Notes: generated by a model not told the origin, from the letters alone. 64,000 bases of DNA from an uncultured Candidatus Rokubacteria bacterium (GCA_963789955.1 CAWBMV010000013.1:32001-96000); one strand, 5' to 3'; numbered from the stretch's first letter, positions 41,993 to 52,879 are shown. Numbers and translations are program-made.

Positions 41993-42973
41993 TCACCCTC
42001 CCTTGAGGTAGTCCGCGAAGTAGTCCTCGGTCGTGATCTGACGACTGGTCAGGCCCAGCCGGAACGCCTCGCCCGCGAACGCCTCGATCTGGGAGCGATT
42101 CCGCTCGAGCCCATAGGGATGGAAGTCCTCGCCCATCACGGCCGCCGTCTCCTCGAGCTCGGCCTCGAGCCACGGCGTCGCGTACGGGAATCCCTTCTGC
42201 GCGGCGGTGAAGCAGTCGTTGGCGGCGATGAACGCCTCGGTGAGGCTCCGCGCGATCCTCGGATTCGCCTCCCACGCCTCGCGGCGCAGGACGATCAGGT
42301 GCTGCGGCGGAAACGCGCCGGTCTTGAGAAAGTACTCCTGCTCGACCAGGCGGAAGTCCGGGAAGAGGCGCACGATCGGACCCGTTCTCGGGTGATAGGC
42401 CTCGGGGCGCGGCGGGCTGTAGATCGCGTCGAGCTCACCGGCGATCAGCATGTCCGACAGCGACCGCCCCTTGGCCGGCGCGTTCACGCCCGGCGGCAAG
42501 GTCTGGTCCATCGGCGCGGACCACGGCGTGTCGATGTCGCCGATCCACCACTGGATCGTCGACGGCTCGAGCCCGATGAACCGGAGAAAATGCCGGTACC
42601 AGATCGAGCCGCTGGCGGTGTAGCTGTACATGCCGATCCGCTTGCCGGCCAGCTCGGCCGCCGACCGGATCGGGCCGCCTCGCCGGATGTAGAGATCGCG
42701 CGCGGTGAAGTTGCGCAGCGGGAACACGGGAATGCCGACGTAGCGGCGATCGCCCTTGTCGATGCGGTAGAGATACTGCGCCATCGACCACTCTCCGCCC
42801 TGCACCGCCGGGTCCTGGACGGCGCGACGGAGCATCTCGGCACGCGCCGGCCACGAGCCGCGACTGCCCAGGATCATCGTGAGCGCGATGCCGTCCGGCT
42901 TCACCTCGCCGGTCGCGAGCGGCATGATGCGCGCGTAGTCGGCGCAGGTCAGCGTGATCGGGATGTCAGCCAT
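41993..42973 (-). CDS. 4,5-dihydroxyphthalate decarboxylase-like protein (periplasmic-binding-protein fold)
   Basis: ITLTCADYAR..LATGEVKPDGI, IPVFPLR, LAGKRIG, RLFPDF..EQEYF..TG.FP, DFHPYGLE.NR. Confidence 0.8.
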   Translation of the reverse strand: MADIPITLTCADYARIMPLATGEVKPDGIALTMILGSRGSWPARAEMLRRAVQDPAVQGGEWSMAQYLYRIDKGDRRYVGIPVFPLRNFTARDLYIRRGGPIRSAAELAGKRIGMYSYTASGSIWYRHFLRFIGLEPSTIQWWIGDIDTPWSAPMDQTLPPGVNAPAKGRSLSDMLIAGELDAIYSPPRPEAYHPRTGPIVRLFPDFRLVEQEYFLKTGAFPPQHLIVLRREAWEANPRIARSLTEAFIAANDCFTAAQKGFPYATPWLEAELEETAAVMGEDFHPYGLERNRSQIEAFAGEAFRLGLTSRQITTEDYFADYLKGG

Positions 42974-42979
42974 GATTCC

Positions 42980-44247
42980 TCACTGGTTTTGTCCGAACAG
43001 ATCGCCATCCGGCCATCGCTTCACCTTGCCCTTGGCGGCCCACAGGCCCCGGTCGGCCTCACCTCTGAAACCACCACGATCCTGCGGCCGGCTGTTGAAC
43101 GCGACGACCCAGGCGAACCCATCGGCCGTGCGAACAGCCAACGCGTTTGTCCCGGGCAGCGAGCCGGTGTGGAACAGGTTGGCGCCGTGCGTGATGGGTC
43201 GGATACGGATGCCGAGGCCGTAGAACACACCGTTGCCGCTCGCTTCGTCCCCGTCGGCCGTCCCCGCTTCCAGCCTGGTGCGCGCGTTCATCTCGGCGAG
43301 AATCGCGGCGTTCAGAAGAGCCGCGCCGCGCCGGCCGTCGATCCCCAGGATGAAGCGCAGGTAGTCGACGGGCGCGCCGATCCAGCCGCCATACGAGTCC
43401 ATCGTCTCCAGCGCGAAGGCGCCGTAGGGCTGCGGCGCGATTTTCAGGCCGAGACCCGGCATCGCTTTCACTTCCTTCGCTCCGCGGTAGTCGTAGTACG
43501 TCACTTCGCCATCCGCCGGCCGCAAGGTGTGGCCGATCGTCATGCGGGTCGCCCCGACCGGCCCCAGAACGTGCTGGCGCACGTGCGTCTCGTACGTCAC
43601 GCCCGTCACCCGCTCGACGACACGCCCGAGGATACAGTAGCCGATGTTGGAGTAGGCGAAGCGCTCACCCGGCGCGAAGTCGAGCTTGCGCTCGAGCGTA
43701 TCGCGCATGATCGTCGGACAGTCCGGCGGAAGCGGCCCGCCCTGGCGCTGAACCGCATCGACCGCCCCCGGCATGAACACGACGTCCCCGGAGCGGTTGC
43801 GGTCGAAGCCGCCCGAGTGCTGGAGCAGGTGGCGCACCGTGATGTCGTGGACGCGCGAATCCGTGATCCGGTCGGCACGCGGACCGATGATCGCCGAGAG
43901 GATCGGCACGATCTTGTCGTCGAGCTTGAGCCGGCCGTCCTGCACGAGCTGAAGCACGGCGACCGCCGTGACCGTCTTGGACAGGCTCGCGAGACGGAAT
44001 CGGCTGGTGGGCGCCACCGCGATGCGACCGTTCTTTGTTGGCGAGCCCGTAGCCCCGCACCAGCACGAGCTTGCCCTGGTGAGCGACCGCGAGCCCGGCG
44101 CCGGGCACGTCCCACTTCTTGATCAGCGCCGTCATCATCTCGTCGTAGGATCTCGAGGCCCGGCAGCGCGGCTCCCGTCGGCTCGGCTCGCGCCTCGGCG
44201 GCGCCGAGGGCGACGAGCAGAGCCGCGACGAGGACGAGCCGCTTCAC
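42980..44247 (-). CDS. Secreted serine hydrolase, beta-lactamase/PBP family; frameshifts near 5' end
   Basis: Signal peptide, FRLASLSK (SxxK), LLQHSGG, YSNIGY, HTGSLPG. Confidence 0.88.
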
Positions 44248-45191
44248 GCCTTCTTGTTCGCCTCGAAGATCGCCCGCGGATTCGTCACGAGCATCTGCTC
44301 GATCTGATCCTCCTTGACACCCGCCTTGCGGAGCGCCGGGAGGATGTCGTCCGGGATGTGGTTGTAGTTCCACTGCGGCCGCGTCCGGCGCTTGGCTTCC
44401 TCCGACAGCATGTCCGACCAGCAGTTGGCGTCGTGCGAGAGAACCATCTTGCCCGCGTAGCCCTCGGCGCAGAGACGCGCGACCACCTCCACCCGCTTCG
44501 ACGTGGTCAGGAAGTTCTCGAGGCCGAAGCGGTCCATCCCGATCGTGCTCCCCCGCTCCATGAGCCCGCGCAAGTAGCCGAGATCCTCGCTGTCGCCGCT
44601 GTGGCCGATGATGACGCGGCTCAGGTCGACGCCCTCCTGGGCGAAGATCGCCTGCTGCATCTCGCCGGTCCGCCCGGCCGCCCACGTGTGCGTCGAGATC
44701 GGCACGCCGGTCGCCTTCTGCGCGCGCGCGGAGGCGCGCAGGACGTTGTCGATCACCGGCGTCACGCCGGCCGTGTCGGTCGCGCACTTGATGATCGCGG
44801 CCTTGACGCCGCTGTTGGCGATGCCCTGGGTGATGTCGCGGATGAACAGATCGGCGACCGCGTCGACGCCGTGCGCGCTGAAGTAGCGCTGCGGCATCCA
44901 CCACACGCCGGTGGCGACGACGATGTGCACGCGCGAGCGGCGCGCGACCCCGAGGATCAGGTCGATGTCGCGCCCGAGATCGACGGTGGTCAGGTCGACG
45001 ATCGAGCGGATGCCACGGCTGTAGAGCTCGGCCATCTTCCGCTCGGCGATATCCAGAATGCCGTTGCGGTCCCACAGATGCGGCCAGTTCTCCTGCACAC
45101 CCGGGGAGCGCGTGACGACGTGCTCGTGCATCAGCGTGGGCCCCAGCTCGGTCGTCGCGATCGGACCCAGCGCGGTCTGGACGGTGGTCAT
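44244..45191 (-). CDS. Phosphotriesterase-family (PTE/PHP-like) metallohydrolase
   Basis: TLMHEH, DLGRD, IIKCAT, ISTHT, IGHS, DRFG, LSHD. Confidence 0.92.
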   Translation of the reverse strand: MTTVQTALGPIATTELGPTLMHEHVVTRSPGVQENWPHLWDRNGILDIAERKMAELYSRGIRSIVDLTTVDLGRDIDLILGVARRSRVHIVVATGVWWMPQRYFSAHGVDAVADLFIRDITQGIANSGVKAAIIKCATDTAGVTPVIDNVLRASARAQKATGVPISTHTWAAGRTGEMQQAIFAQEGVDLSRVIIGHSGDSEDLGYLRGLMERGSTIGMDRFGLENFLTTSKRVEVVARLCAEGYAGKMVLSHDANCWSDMLSEEAKRRTRPQWNYNHIPDDILPALRKAGVKEDQIEQMLVTNPRAIFEANKKA

Positions 45192-45202
45192 ATCGATCTC
45201 CT

Positions 45203-45965
45203 TTATCGCCTGCACACTTCGAGCACCGGCTCGTCGGCGCTCGCGGCGGCGAGCACGACGGCCTCGATCGCGGGCTCGCGCAACAGGCGCGCGGCGGTCT
45301 CGCGCGCCGGCTCCCGGTCGGCCAGGGTCTCGACCTTGTTGATCAGGACCACGACGCGAGCCCTCGCCGGCACGTTCTTGCGTCCGCCCTCGGGATGAGC
45401 CAGGACCCGCGCCACCAGCTCCGGCGTGATCCGCGTACCCGGGGCGGCGCCGCTCAGCGCCTGGACCAGCTCGGGGCGGTGGACGTGCTCGGCGTCCAGC
45501 GGCGCGCCGAAAACGTCGGCGCCGACGACCGGCACGACCAGGGTCGTTTCGGGCGGAATCGCGGGTTCGTGCCGGGCCGGCGCCTTGAACGGCCGTCTGC
45601 GCGATCCATCCGCCTCGTTCAGCAGACACACGTCCGGGCACCACGTGCGCAAGCGAGCGAACAGATCCAGCGAGACCCCCGCGGCCCGGTCGGTGGTGGG
45701 ATCCGTATCGCCGATGACGAGCACGTGCCGGCGAGCATCCAGCGCGGCCAGCACGCTCTCCCGGGTCGCCTCGGTCGCTCGCACGGAGGCGGGCGCCAGC
45801 GCGACCTGGTCGGCAAAGATGTGGGTGGTGCTGGTCGTCAGTACCCGGCTCACCCCGCTCGACGATCTCGCGCGCCAGCCGAAACATCGCGGTGGTCTTG
45901 CCGCCCCCTCCGACCAGCGCCACGACGTCGCCGGTGGTGACGCCGAGCGCCTCGGCCAAGGTCGC
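45203..45965 (-). CDS. yqeC: Selenium-dependent molybdenum hydroxylase accessory protein YqeC; frameshift ~45850, start approximate
   Basis: VVALVGGGGKTTAMFRLARE, VLTTSTTHIF, EADGSRRRPFKAPARHEPAIP, VHRPE, INKVE. Confidence 0.85.
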
Positions 45966-45970
45966 GCGCG

Positions 45971-46729
45971 TCAGCCCCGCGCACCCGCGGCCGCCCGCTC
46001 GATCAGCTCCTTGGCGCCCGCCTGGATCCACGGAAAGAAGCTCGTCATCACCAGGCGCACCCCCAGGCGGGTGTAACGCTCCACGTTGCCCACGTTGACG
46101 AGCGTGCCGGCCACGCGGCCGGACTGCACGATCTTCTTGATCGCGCCGTCGATGGTCTGCTGGACCTCCGGGTGCGTCATGTTCCCGATCTGGCCCATCG
46201 AGGTCGCCAGATCGCTCGGCGCCACGAAGAAGCAGTCGATGTGGTCGACCTTCAGGATCTCGTCGAGGCTCCGGACCGCGACGATGTCCTCGATCAAGAC
46301 GATCAACAGGCTCTGGTCGTTGGCGGTCTTGAGATAGGCGTCGACGCCGAAGCCCTGACGGCTCGTGTACATCCCGCGCTTGCCGAGCGGCGCGAACTTG
46401 CCGGCGGCGACGACCGACTCGGCCTCGACGCGGTTGTTGACGTGCGGGATCACGATGCCCTGCGCGCCCCGATCGAGCGTGCGGTAGATGGTCGCGTAAT
46501 CGTTGTCCATCACGCGGACGACCGACGTCTTGCCCCACAGATCGCAGGCGCGCGTCAGGTTGCCGAGGTCGGCGTAGTCGACGCCGCCGTGCTCGCCCTC
46601 GAGCCAGATCCCGTCGACGTCGAGGGTGCCGAGCTGATCGATCAGGTCGGGTTCGTTGGTGCCGGCGACGATCGTCGCCACCTGGCCGGCCGCGAGCTTG
46701 TCCTTGATGCGATTCGGGCGGATGTTCAT
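45971..46729 (-). CDS. HpcH/HpaI aldolase family protein
   Basis: WLEGEHG, LDRGAQGIVIPHV, FAPLGKRG, VLIED, FVAPSDL. Confidence 0.9.
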   Translation of the reverse strand: MNIRPNRIKDKLAAGQVATIVAGTNEPDLIDQLGTLDVDGIWLEGEHGGVDYADLGNLTRACDLWGKTSVVRVMDNDYATIYRTLDRGAQGIVIPHVNNRVEAESVVAAGKFAPLGKRGMYTSRQGFGVDAYLKTANDQSLLIVLIEDIVAVRSLDEILKVDHIDCFFVAPSDLATSMGQIGNMTHPEVQQTIDGAIKKIVQSGRVAGTLVNVGNVERYTRLGVRLVMTSFFPWIQAGAKELIERAAAGARG

Positions 46730-46917
46730 GGTGCCTCCCTCGCGGGATTCTAGCCTAAAAGGCGGGCAGACGATCCCCGCGCTTCCCCTCTCCCCGCGCT
46801 TGTTGTATCGTCACCGAACGATTCGCAAGGAGGCGTCCATGAAACGTTGGCTACTCGCGGTGCAGGTATCCGTGCCCTGCGTCAGATCGCATGGGCGCCG
46901 TTCTGGTGGAGGGTGAC

Positions 46918-48456
46918 ATGGTTCAAGCCACAACACTTGGGTTGATGTTCCTGCTGTTCCTCAGCCTCTTCTCTCCCGGGGACGTCCTCGGACAGAGCAA
47001 AGAGGATACGCTCGTCTACGCTCTGCAGAGCGACGTCCAGAACTGGGATCCACCGAACTCGGTGCTTCGTGAGAGCATCATCCTCGGCTACAACGTCTTC
47101 GACCATCTCGCGGCGCGCGACCTCAAGACCGGCAAGGTCGGCCCGAGCCTCGCCGTGTCGTGGAAGAGCCTCGACGACACGACGTGGGAGGTCAAGCTTC
47201 GCAAGGGCGTCAGATTCCACGACGGCACACCGTTCGGCGCGAAGGACGTCAAGGCGACCTTCGACCGCGTGCTGAATCCCGAGAACAAGCTGACGGCTCG
47301 CGGAAATCACGCCAAGATCAAGAGCGTCGAGGTGGTGGACGATCTCACCGTACGCTTCAAGACCGACGGGCCCTATCCGCTCTTCGTGGAGCGGCTCACC
47401 GCCCAGGTGATGCAGTCCGAGAAGGTCATACGGGAGAAGGGCCAGGAGTGGATGCAGGAGAACCCGGTCGGCACCGGGCCCTACAAGCTCGTGAGATGGA
47501 ACAAGAAGCAGGAGCATCTGCTCGTCCGCAATGACGACTACTGGGGACCGAAGCCGGCCTTCAAGTACGTCCGCATCCGCATCATTCCCGAGCAGGCCAC
47601 CCAGATCGCCGAGCTGATCTCAGGCGGAGTGGACCTCATCAAGGCGGTGCCGCCCGACCAGATGGACGTGATCGACAAATCGGGCCAGGCTCACACGGGC
47701 ACGTCACCCATCCTGCGCACCGCTTTCATCCAGCTGGATCAGGCCGGCCGGTCGGGCGCGAACCCGTTTCAGGATCGCCGCGTCCGTCTGGCGGCCAACC
47801 TCGCAGTCGACATCGATTCGATCATCAAGCACGTCCTCAACGGACTGGGCGACCGAACTGCCACCACGGTCAATCCGATGGCGTTCGGCTTCGATCCGGC
47901 GCTGAAGCCCTACAAGCAAGACCTTGCCCAGGCCAAGAAGCTGCTCGCCGAGGCCGGCTACCCGAACGGGCTCGAGGTCGGCTTCCTGCGCGGCCAGCCG
48001 ACGGTGGAGCCCGGGGTGGTCCAGACCTCCGACGCGATCGTGGCCGACCTCGTGAAGGCTGGCATCCGAACCAAAGCGCGGATGGTCGGCGAGGTGGGCC
48101 CGTTCACGAATCTGGTCCGCGACGGCAAGGCGGAGCCGATGTTCGAGTGGTCGTGGGGCTACTATTCGATCTTCGACGCCGACGCGATCCTGTTCGACGT
48201 GATGACGTGCGGCCAGCCGTATAGCGTCTACTGCAACAAGGCGCTGGACGACCTCGTCATCCAGGGGCGCTCGACTCTCGACCCCAAGCGGCGGATGGAA
48301 ATCTACGCGAAGGCCCAGAAGCTGATCCACGACGACGCGGCCTATCTCTTCAAGTGGGGGCTGCGCGGTGTGTGGGGCATCAGCAATCGGATCAACTACG
48401 AGGCGCCACGGGACGAGATCGACCGGATGTGGGCCGTGACGCCGCGGACGAAGTAG
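46918..48456 (+). CDS. ABC transporter substrate-binding protein, family 5 (start uncertain: 46839, 46891 or 46918)
   Basis: LRKGVRFHDGTPF.AKDVKATF, PVGTGPYK, NDDYWG, DRRVRLA. Confidence 0.93.
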   Translation: MVQATTLGLMFLLFLSLFSPGDVLGQSKEDTLVYALQSDVQNWDPPNSVLRESIILGYNVFDHLAARDLKTGKVGPSLAVSWKSLDDTTWEVKLRKGVRFHDGTPFGAKDVKATFDRVLNPENKLTARGNHAKIKSVEVVDDLTVRFKTDGPYPLFVERLTAQVMQSEKVIREKGQEWMQENPVGTGPYKLVRWNKKQEHLLVRNDDYWGPKPAFKYVRIRIIPEQATQIAELISGGVDLIKAVPPDQMDVIDKSGQAHTGTSPILRTAFIQLDQAGRSGANPFQDRRVRLAANLAVDIDSIIKHVLNGLGDRTATTVNPMAFGFDPALKPYKQDLAQAKKLLAEAGYPNGLEVGFLRGQPTVEPGVVQTSDAIVADLVKAGIRTKARMVGEVGPFTNLVRDGKAEPMFEWSWGYYSIFDADAILFDVMTCGQPYSVYCNKALDDLVIQGRSTLDPKRRMEIYAKAQKLIHDDAAYLFKWGLRGVWGISNRINYEAPRDEIDRMWAVTPRTK

Positions 48457-48467
48457 GGCACGCCACC

Positions 48468-48503
48468 GAGGTAGGGCCCGGGTCGCTCCGGGCCCGGGCC
48501 TCT
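48468..48503 (+). terminator. Intercistronic stem-loop after the SBP gene (attenuator or mRNA stabiliser)
   Basis: GGGCCCGG-gtcgct-CCGGGCCC 8-bp stem (48474-48495), extendable by GAGGT/GCCTC; only a weak U-tract follows. Confidence 0.5.
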
Positions 48504-48511
48504 CGTTTGGC

Positions 48512-49429
48512 ATGCGCGTCTACATCGTTCGTCAGCTCGTCCAACTCGTGGTCGTGATCCTCGGTATCTCGATCCTCGCGTTCACGATCCTTCACGTGCT
48601 CGGCGATCCGGTGCTCCTGCTGCTGCCGCAGAACGCTGGCAAGGAGGAATTCGAGCGGTACCGTCACCTGCTGGGCCTCGACCGGCCGCTCTACGTGCAG
48701 TACTGGAAGTTCCTCTCGCGGGCCGCGCTCGGCGACTTCGGCAAGTCCTGGTATGCCGACACGCCGGCGTTCAAGCTCGTGCTCGAACGCATGCCGCCAA
48801 CGATCTATCTCACCTTCTCCGGACTGTTGGTCGCGCTGCTGATCGCGCTGCCCCTGGGAATCATCGCGGCGCTCAGGCGCAACTCCTGGCTGGACAGTCT
48901 GTGCACCGTCGTGGCCGTCGCGGGTCAAGCCACGCCCATTTTCTGGCTCGGAATCATGTTGATCATCGTCTTCGCCGTGCGGCTCAAGGCCCTGCCCGCC
49001 TCGGGGTACGGCACCTGGCAAAATTTCTTGATGCCGGCCTTCTGCCTGGGCGCCGCGCTGGCGCCGATCACGATGCGCCTGGTGCGCTCCGGGGTCATCG
49101 AGGTGATGAACCAGGAATTCATCAAGACGGCGCGCGCCAAGGGTCTGGCGGAGCCCGCGGTGGTCGTGAAGCACGCGTTCCGGAACGCCTGCATCCCGGT
49201 GATCACAGTGCTCGGGCTTCAGTTCGGTCAGCTCCTCGGCGGCGCCATCATCACCGAGACGGTGTTCGCCTGGCCGGGAGTCGCCACCTTGACCGTGGAG
49301 TCGATCCGCAACCAGGACTTCCCGGTGGTCCAGTGCGCGGTGATCCTGCTGGCGCTCCTCATCGTCGGCGTGAACTTGATCGTGGACCTCATCGTCGGAT
49401 TCATCGACCCGCGCATCCGCGCTGCATGA
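48512..49429 (+). CDS. ABC transporter permease (DppB-like)
   Basis: GLDRPLYVQY, GDFGKS, TARAKGL, TETVFAWPG, IDPRIR. Confidence 0.93.
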   Translation: MRVYIVRQLVQLVVVILGISILAFTILHVLGDPVLLLLPQNAGKEEFERYRHLLGLDRPLYVQYWKFLSRAALGDFGKSWYADTPAFKLVLERMPPTIYLTFSGLLVALLIALPLGIIAALRRNSWLDSLCTVVAVAGQATPIFWLGIMLIIVFAVRLKALPASGYGTWQNFLMPAFCLGAALAPITMRLVRSGVIEVMNQEFIKTARAKGLAEPAVVVKHAFRNACIPVITVLGLQFGQLLGGAIITETVFAWPGVATLTVESIRNQDFPVVQCAVILLALLIVGVNLIVDLIVGFIDPRIRAA

Positions 49430-50340
49430 AAGCGGCGAGCGCGCCGACCAAGCTGGAGCTCACCCACGTGGACGTCAGCGCGCCCGACCTCGGGCGCGCG
49501 ACCATGCGGCGCCTCGCGCGGGTGCGCTGGGGCCTCATGGCGGCGGCCATCCTGCTGCTCATCGTCGTGACGACGGCGCTCGCGCCGTGGGTCGCGCCGC
49601 ATGATCCGCTCGCGGTGGACATCCGTCACCGGCTGGTGCCGCCGCAATGGATGGACGGCGGTACCTCGGAGCATCTCCTGGGCACGGACCAGGTCGGCCG
49701 CGACCTGCTGGCACGGATGATCTACGGCGGCCGCGTGTCCCTGGTCGTCGGAGTCGGTGCAGTGCTCATATCGGCGACGATCGGCGTGCTGCTCGGCCTT
49801 GGCGCCGGCTACTTCGGAGGCCGCACCGACTGGACGATCATGACGGGAATCAACGTGATGCTGACGTTTCCCTTCGTGCTGCTGGCGCTCGCGGTGATCG
49901 CGGTGCTCGGTCCGAGCCTCACGAACATGATCATCGTGCTCGGCGTCGCCGGGTGGCCGATCTACGCGCGCGTCATTCGAGCCGAGACCATGGCGATCGT
50001 CGAACGGGATTTCGTGCTCGCCGGGCGCGCGCTCGGCATGAGCCACACGCGGATCGTGTTCCGCCAGATCATGCCCAATCTCGTCTCGGTGATCGTCGTG
50101 ATCGCGACCCTGCAGGTCGCTCAGGTGATCATCCTCGAGTCATTCCTCTCGTTCCTCGGCCTGGGCATCCAGCCGCCCACCCCAGCCTGGGGCAACATGC
50201 TCGGCGAGGGCCGCGTCTACATGCTCAACTCCTGGTGGATCGCCACCTTCCCGGGCCTGGCGATCTTTGTCACGACGCTCGTGATCAACCTGATCGGCAA
50301 CGCGATCCGCGACTGGCTCGATCCTCACCTGAAGCTATGA
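49426..50340 (+). CDS. ABC transporter permease (DppC-like)
   Basis: ATGA overlap; LGTDQVGRDLLARMIYGGRVSL, ESFLSFLGLG, RDWLDP. Confidence 0.93.
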   Translation: MKAASAPTKLELTHVDVSAPDLGRATMRRLARVRWGLMAAAILLLIVVTTALAPWVAPHDPLAVDIRHRLVPPQWMDGGTSEHLLGTDQVGRDLLARMIYGGRVSLVVGVGAVLISATIGVLLGLGAGYFGGRTDWTIMTGINVMLTFPFVLLALAVIAVLGPSLTNMIIVLGVAGWPIYARVIRAETMAIVERDFVLAGRALGMSHTRIVFRQIMPNLVSVIVVIATLQVAQVIILESFLSFLGLGIQPPTPAWGNMLGEGRVYMLNSWWIATFPGLAIFVTTLVINLIGNAIRDWLDPHLKL

Positions 50341-50368
50341 GCGACGCTCGCGCGCACGCGCGGCGCCG

Positions 50369-52003
50369 CTATCGCGGGAAACTGAAGACGTTCGCCGGCT
50401 CGTGCGCGAGGTCGTGGTCACGGCGAAGACGCCGGACCATCTCGAGCGCGTACGGCGCGCCCTCCAGCAGCTGAGCCAGCATCAGATCGTCGAGCTGAAG
50501 CCCCGCGCGCCGCGCGGCCTTCACGCAGAGATCGCGCGTCTCCGGATCGACGCGATCGGTCGGCTCCGAGAGCACGGGCGGCGGCGTCACCTCCGGCGCT
50601 GACGCGCCCGGCACGAGATTCGGGCGGCGCGTGTGCCACTCGGTGGCGCGCTCGTACGCGTGGCCGATACGCAGGATCGTCTCCTCGCCGAACGGCCGCC
50701 CGAGGATCTGCATGCCGAGCGGCAGGCCGTTGCCGCCGAAGCCGTTCGGCAGCATCAGCACGGGCTGGCTCGTCACGTTCCAGGCCGTCAAGAGACTTGC
50801 CTTCTGCCAGAACGAGACGCTGCGATAGTCGCTGATGTTCGGCGCCTCGCCCATGCCCGCGGTCACGAACGCGTCGAACCGCGCATAGAGCGGCTCCATC
50901 TCCACCATCATGCGGCGGTGCTCGCGCGTGGCCTGAACGTAGTCGTTGGCGGTGAAGAGCACGGACGGCAGCGCGCGCGAGCGGAAGTCCGCGCCGAAGT
51001 CCTTGGGCCGGGCGATCAGGTTCTTCTGGTGAACGCTGAAGATCTCGCTCTCGGCGATGATGATCTTGACGTCGAAGTAGCTCGCGAGCGGCCGCACGCG
51101 ACACTCCTCGAGCTCGGCGCCCAGCCGCCGCAGCACGTCGAGCGCCGCGTCCATCGCGCGCCGAACGTCCTCGGAGGCCGGGAGGTCGGCCTCCCAGTGG
51201 TGGCGGAAGACACCGATCCGGAGCCCGCGAAGATCCTCGCCGAGCGCTCGGCGGTAGCGAGGGATCGGCCGGCTCAGGCTGCCCGCGTCCTTCGGATCGT
51301 AGCCGGCCAGCGCCTCCAGGGTCAGCGCGCAGTCCTCGACGGTCCGCGCCAGCGGCCCGCAGTGATCGAACGTGTAGGAGTTCGTGATGACGCCGGCGCG
51401 GCTCACCAGCCCGAAGGTCGGCATCAGCCCGACGACGCCGCAGAGCGATGCGGGGCCCCGGATCGAGCCGCCCGTGTCCGAGCCGAGCGCCACCGGGACC
51501 ATCCCGGCCGCGACGGCGGCGCCCGATCCCGACGACGAGCCGCCCGTGAAGCGCGCCAGGTTCCAGGGATTTCGCGCCGGAGGCCAGGGCAGATCGAACG
51601 AGGGCCCGGCGTGGGCCATCTCGTGGGTCGCGAGCTTGCCGAGCAGCACGGCGCCGGCGTCGTAGAGCCGGCTCGCGGTCGTCGCGTCCTCGGCGGGGAT
51701 CCGGTCGACGAAGACGCGCGAATGCGCCGACGTCAGGATCCCCTTCGTGTCGTAGATGTCCTTGAGCGCGAACGGAATCCCGTGCAGCGCGCCCCGGTGC
51801 TTGCCGCCGGCGATCTCGGTCTCGGCCGCCCTCGCCTGGCGCCGGGCCAGATCGAACGTCGGCGTGATGAAGGCGCGCGTCTGCGCGTCGAACCGCTCGA
51901 CGCGCTGGATCAGCGCCTCGGTCAGCTCCACCGGCGAGAGCTTTCGCGCCGCGATCAGTCCGGCGAGCTCGGCGATCGAGAGGTCGTGAAGGTCGGTGGC
52001 CAT
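50369..52003 (-). CDS. Amidase signature family enzyme (GatA/AtzE-like) with C-terminal extension
   Basis: [36 protein letters not shown]. Confidence 0.92.
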   Translation of the reverse strand: MATDLHDLSIAELAGLIAARKLSPVELTEALIQRVERFDAQTRAFITPTFDLARRQARAAETEIAGGKHRGALHGIPFALKDIYDTKGILTSAHSRVFVDRIPAEDATTASRLYDAGAVLLGKLATHEMAHAGPSFDLPWPPARNPWNLARFTGGSSSGSGAAVAAGMVPVALGSDTGGSIRGPASLCGVVGLMPTFGLVSRAGVITNSYTFDHCGPLARTVEDCALTLEALAGYDPKDAGSLSRPIPRYRRALGEDLRGLRIGVFRHHWEADLPASEDVRRAMDAALDVLRRLGAELEECRVRPLASYFDVKIIIAESEIFSVHQKNLIARPKDFGADFRSRALPSVLFTANDYVQATREHRRMMVEMEPLYARFDAFVTAGMGEAPNISDYRSVSFWQKASLLTAWNVTSQPVLMLPNGFGGNGLPLGMQILGRPFGEETILRIGHAYERATEWHTRRPNLVPGASAPEVTPPPVLSEPTDRVDPETRDLCVKAARRAGLQLDDLMLAQLLEGAPYALEMVRRLRRDHDLAHEPANVFSFPR

Positions 52004-52095
52004 GGGGTCTCCCTTTCGGGGCCGAGTATAGCGTTGACGCCTCTCGCGGCGATGGCTACCCTTGGGCCGCGCAGCTGAGTCGAGGAGGTCACACC

Positions 52096-52879
52096 ATGGC
52101 GTTCATGACCAAGGACGGCTTTCGCCTCTACTACGAGGACACCGGCGGCAACGCGCCCGACGATCGTGTTCCTGCACGGCGCCGGCGGCAATCACCTGAG
52201 CTGGTGGCAGCAGGTGCCGGCGTTCGCCGAGGAGTACCGGTGCGTCACGGTCGACCAGCGCGGCTTCGGCCAATCGCCGGACGTGCCCGGCGGGCCCGGG
52301 CCCGCGGGGCTCGCGACCGACGCGCTCGCGTTGCTCGATCATCTCGGCATCGCGCGCGCGGCGCTCGTCGCCCAGTCGATGGGCGGCTGGGCGGCGGTGG
52401 GCGCGGCCGTGCGGGCGCCGGAGCGATTCTGGGCGATCGTCCTCGCCAACACCGTCGGCAACCTCACGAACGACGAGATCGCCGCCGTGCGCCGGCGGCT
52501 CGCCGCCTCGAGCCCGCCGCGGCCGGCCGTGCTGTGGCATGCCGCCATCGGCCCGACGTTCCGCAAGCGAGAGCCGGTGCGCTCGTTCCTCTACGCGCAG
52601 ATCTCGGGGCTGAATGCGCCGCTCACACCCGACTTCCGTGACCAGCTCCTGGGCTTGACCACGCCCGTCGAGCGCTACGCCGCCACGCGGGTGCCGACCA
52701 TGTTCCTGACCAGCGACGAGGACGGGCTCATCTGGCCCGAGCTGTCGGCGAAGGTGCACGAGCACGTTCCCGGCTCGCGCTTCGAGCGCGTCGACACGGC
52801 CGGCCACTCGACGTACTTCGAGCGCCCGGACGTCTTCAACCGCGAGGTCGGCGCGTTCCTCAAGGGGCATCGGCCATGA
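52096..52879 (+). CDS. Alpha/beta fold hydrolase; frameshift ~52160
   Basis: GAGGAGG RBS; FLHGAGGN, DQRGFGQS, AQSMGG, AGHSTYFE.P..FN. Confidence 0.9.

Noticed and set aside
44244..46538. Apparent 764-aa YqeC-phosphotriesterase fusion
   Set aside because: Frame read-through across three genes caused by an indel; the PTE has its own AAGGAG RBS and ATG at 45191
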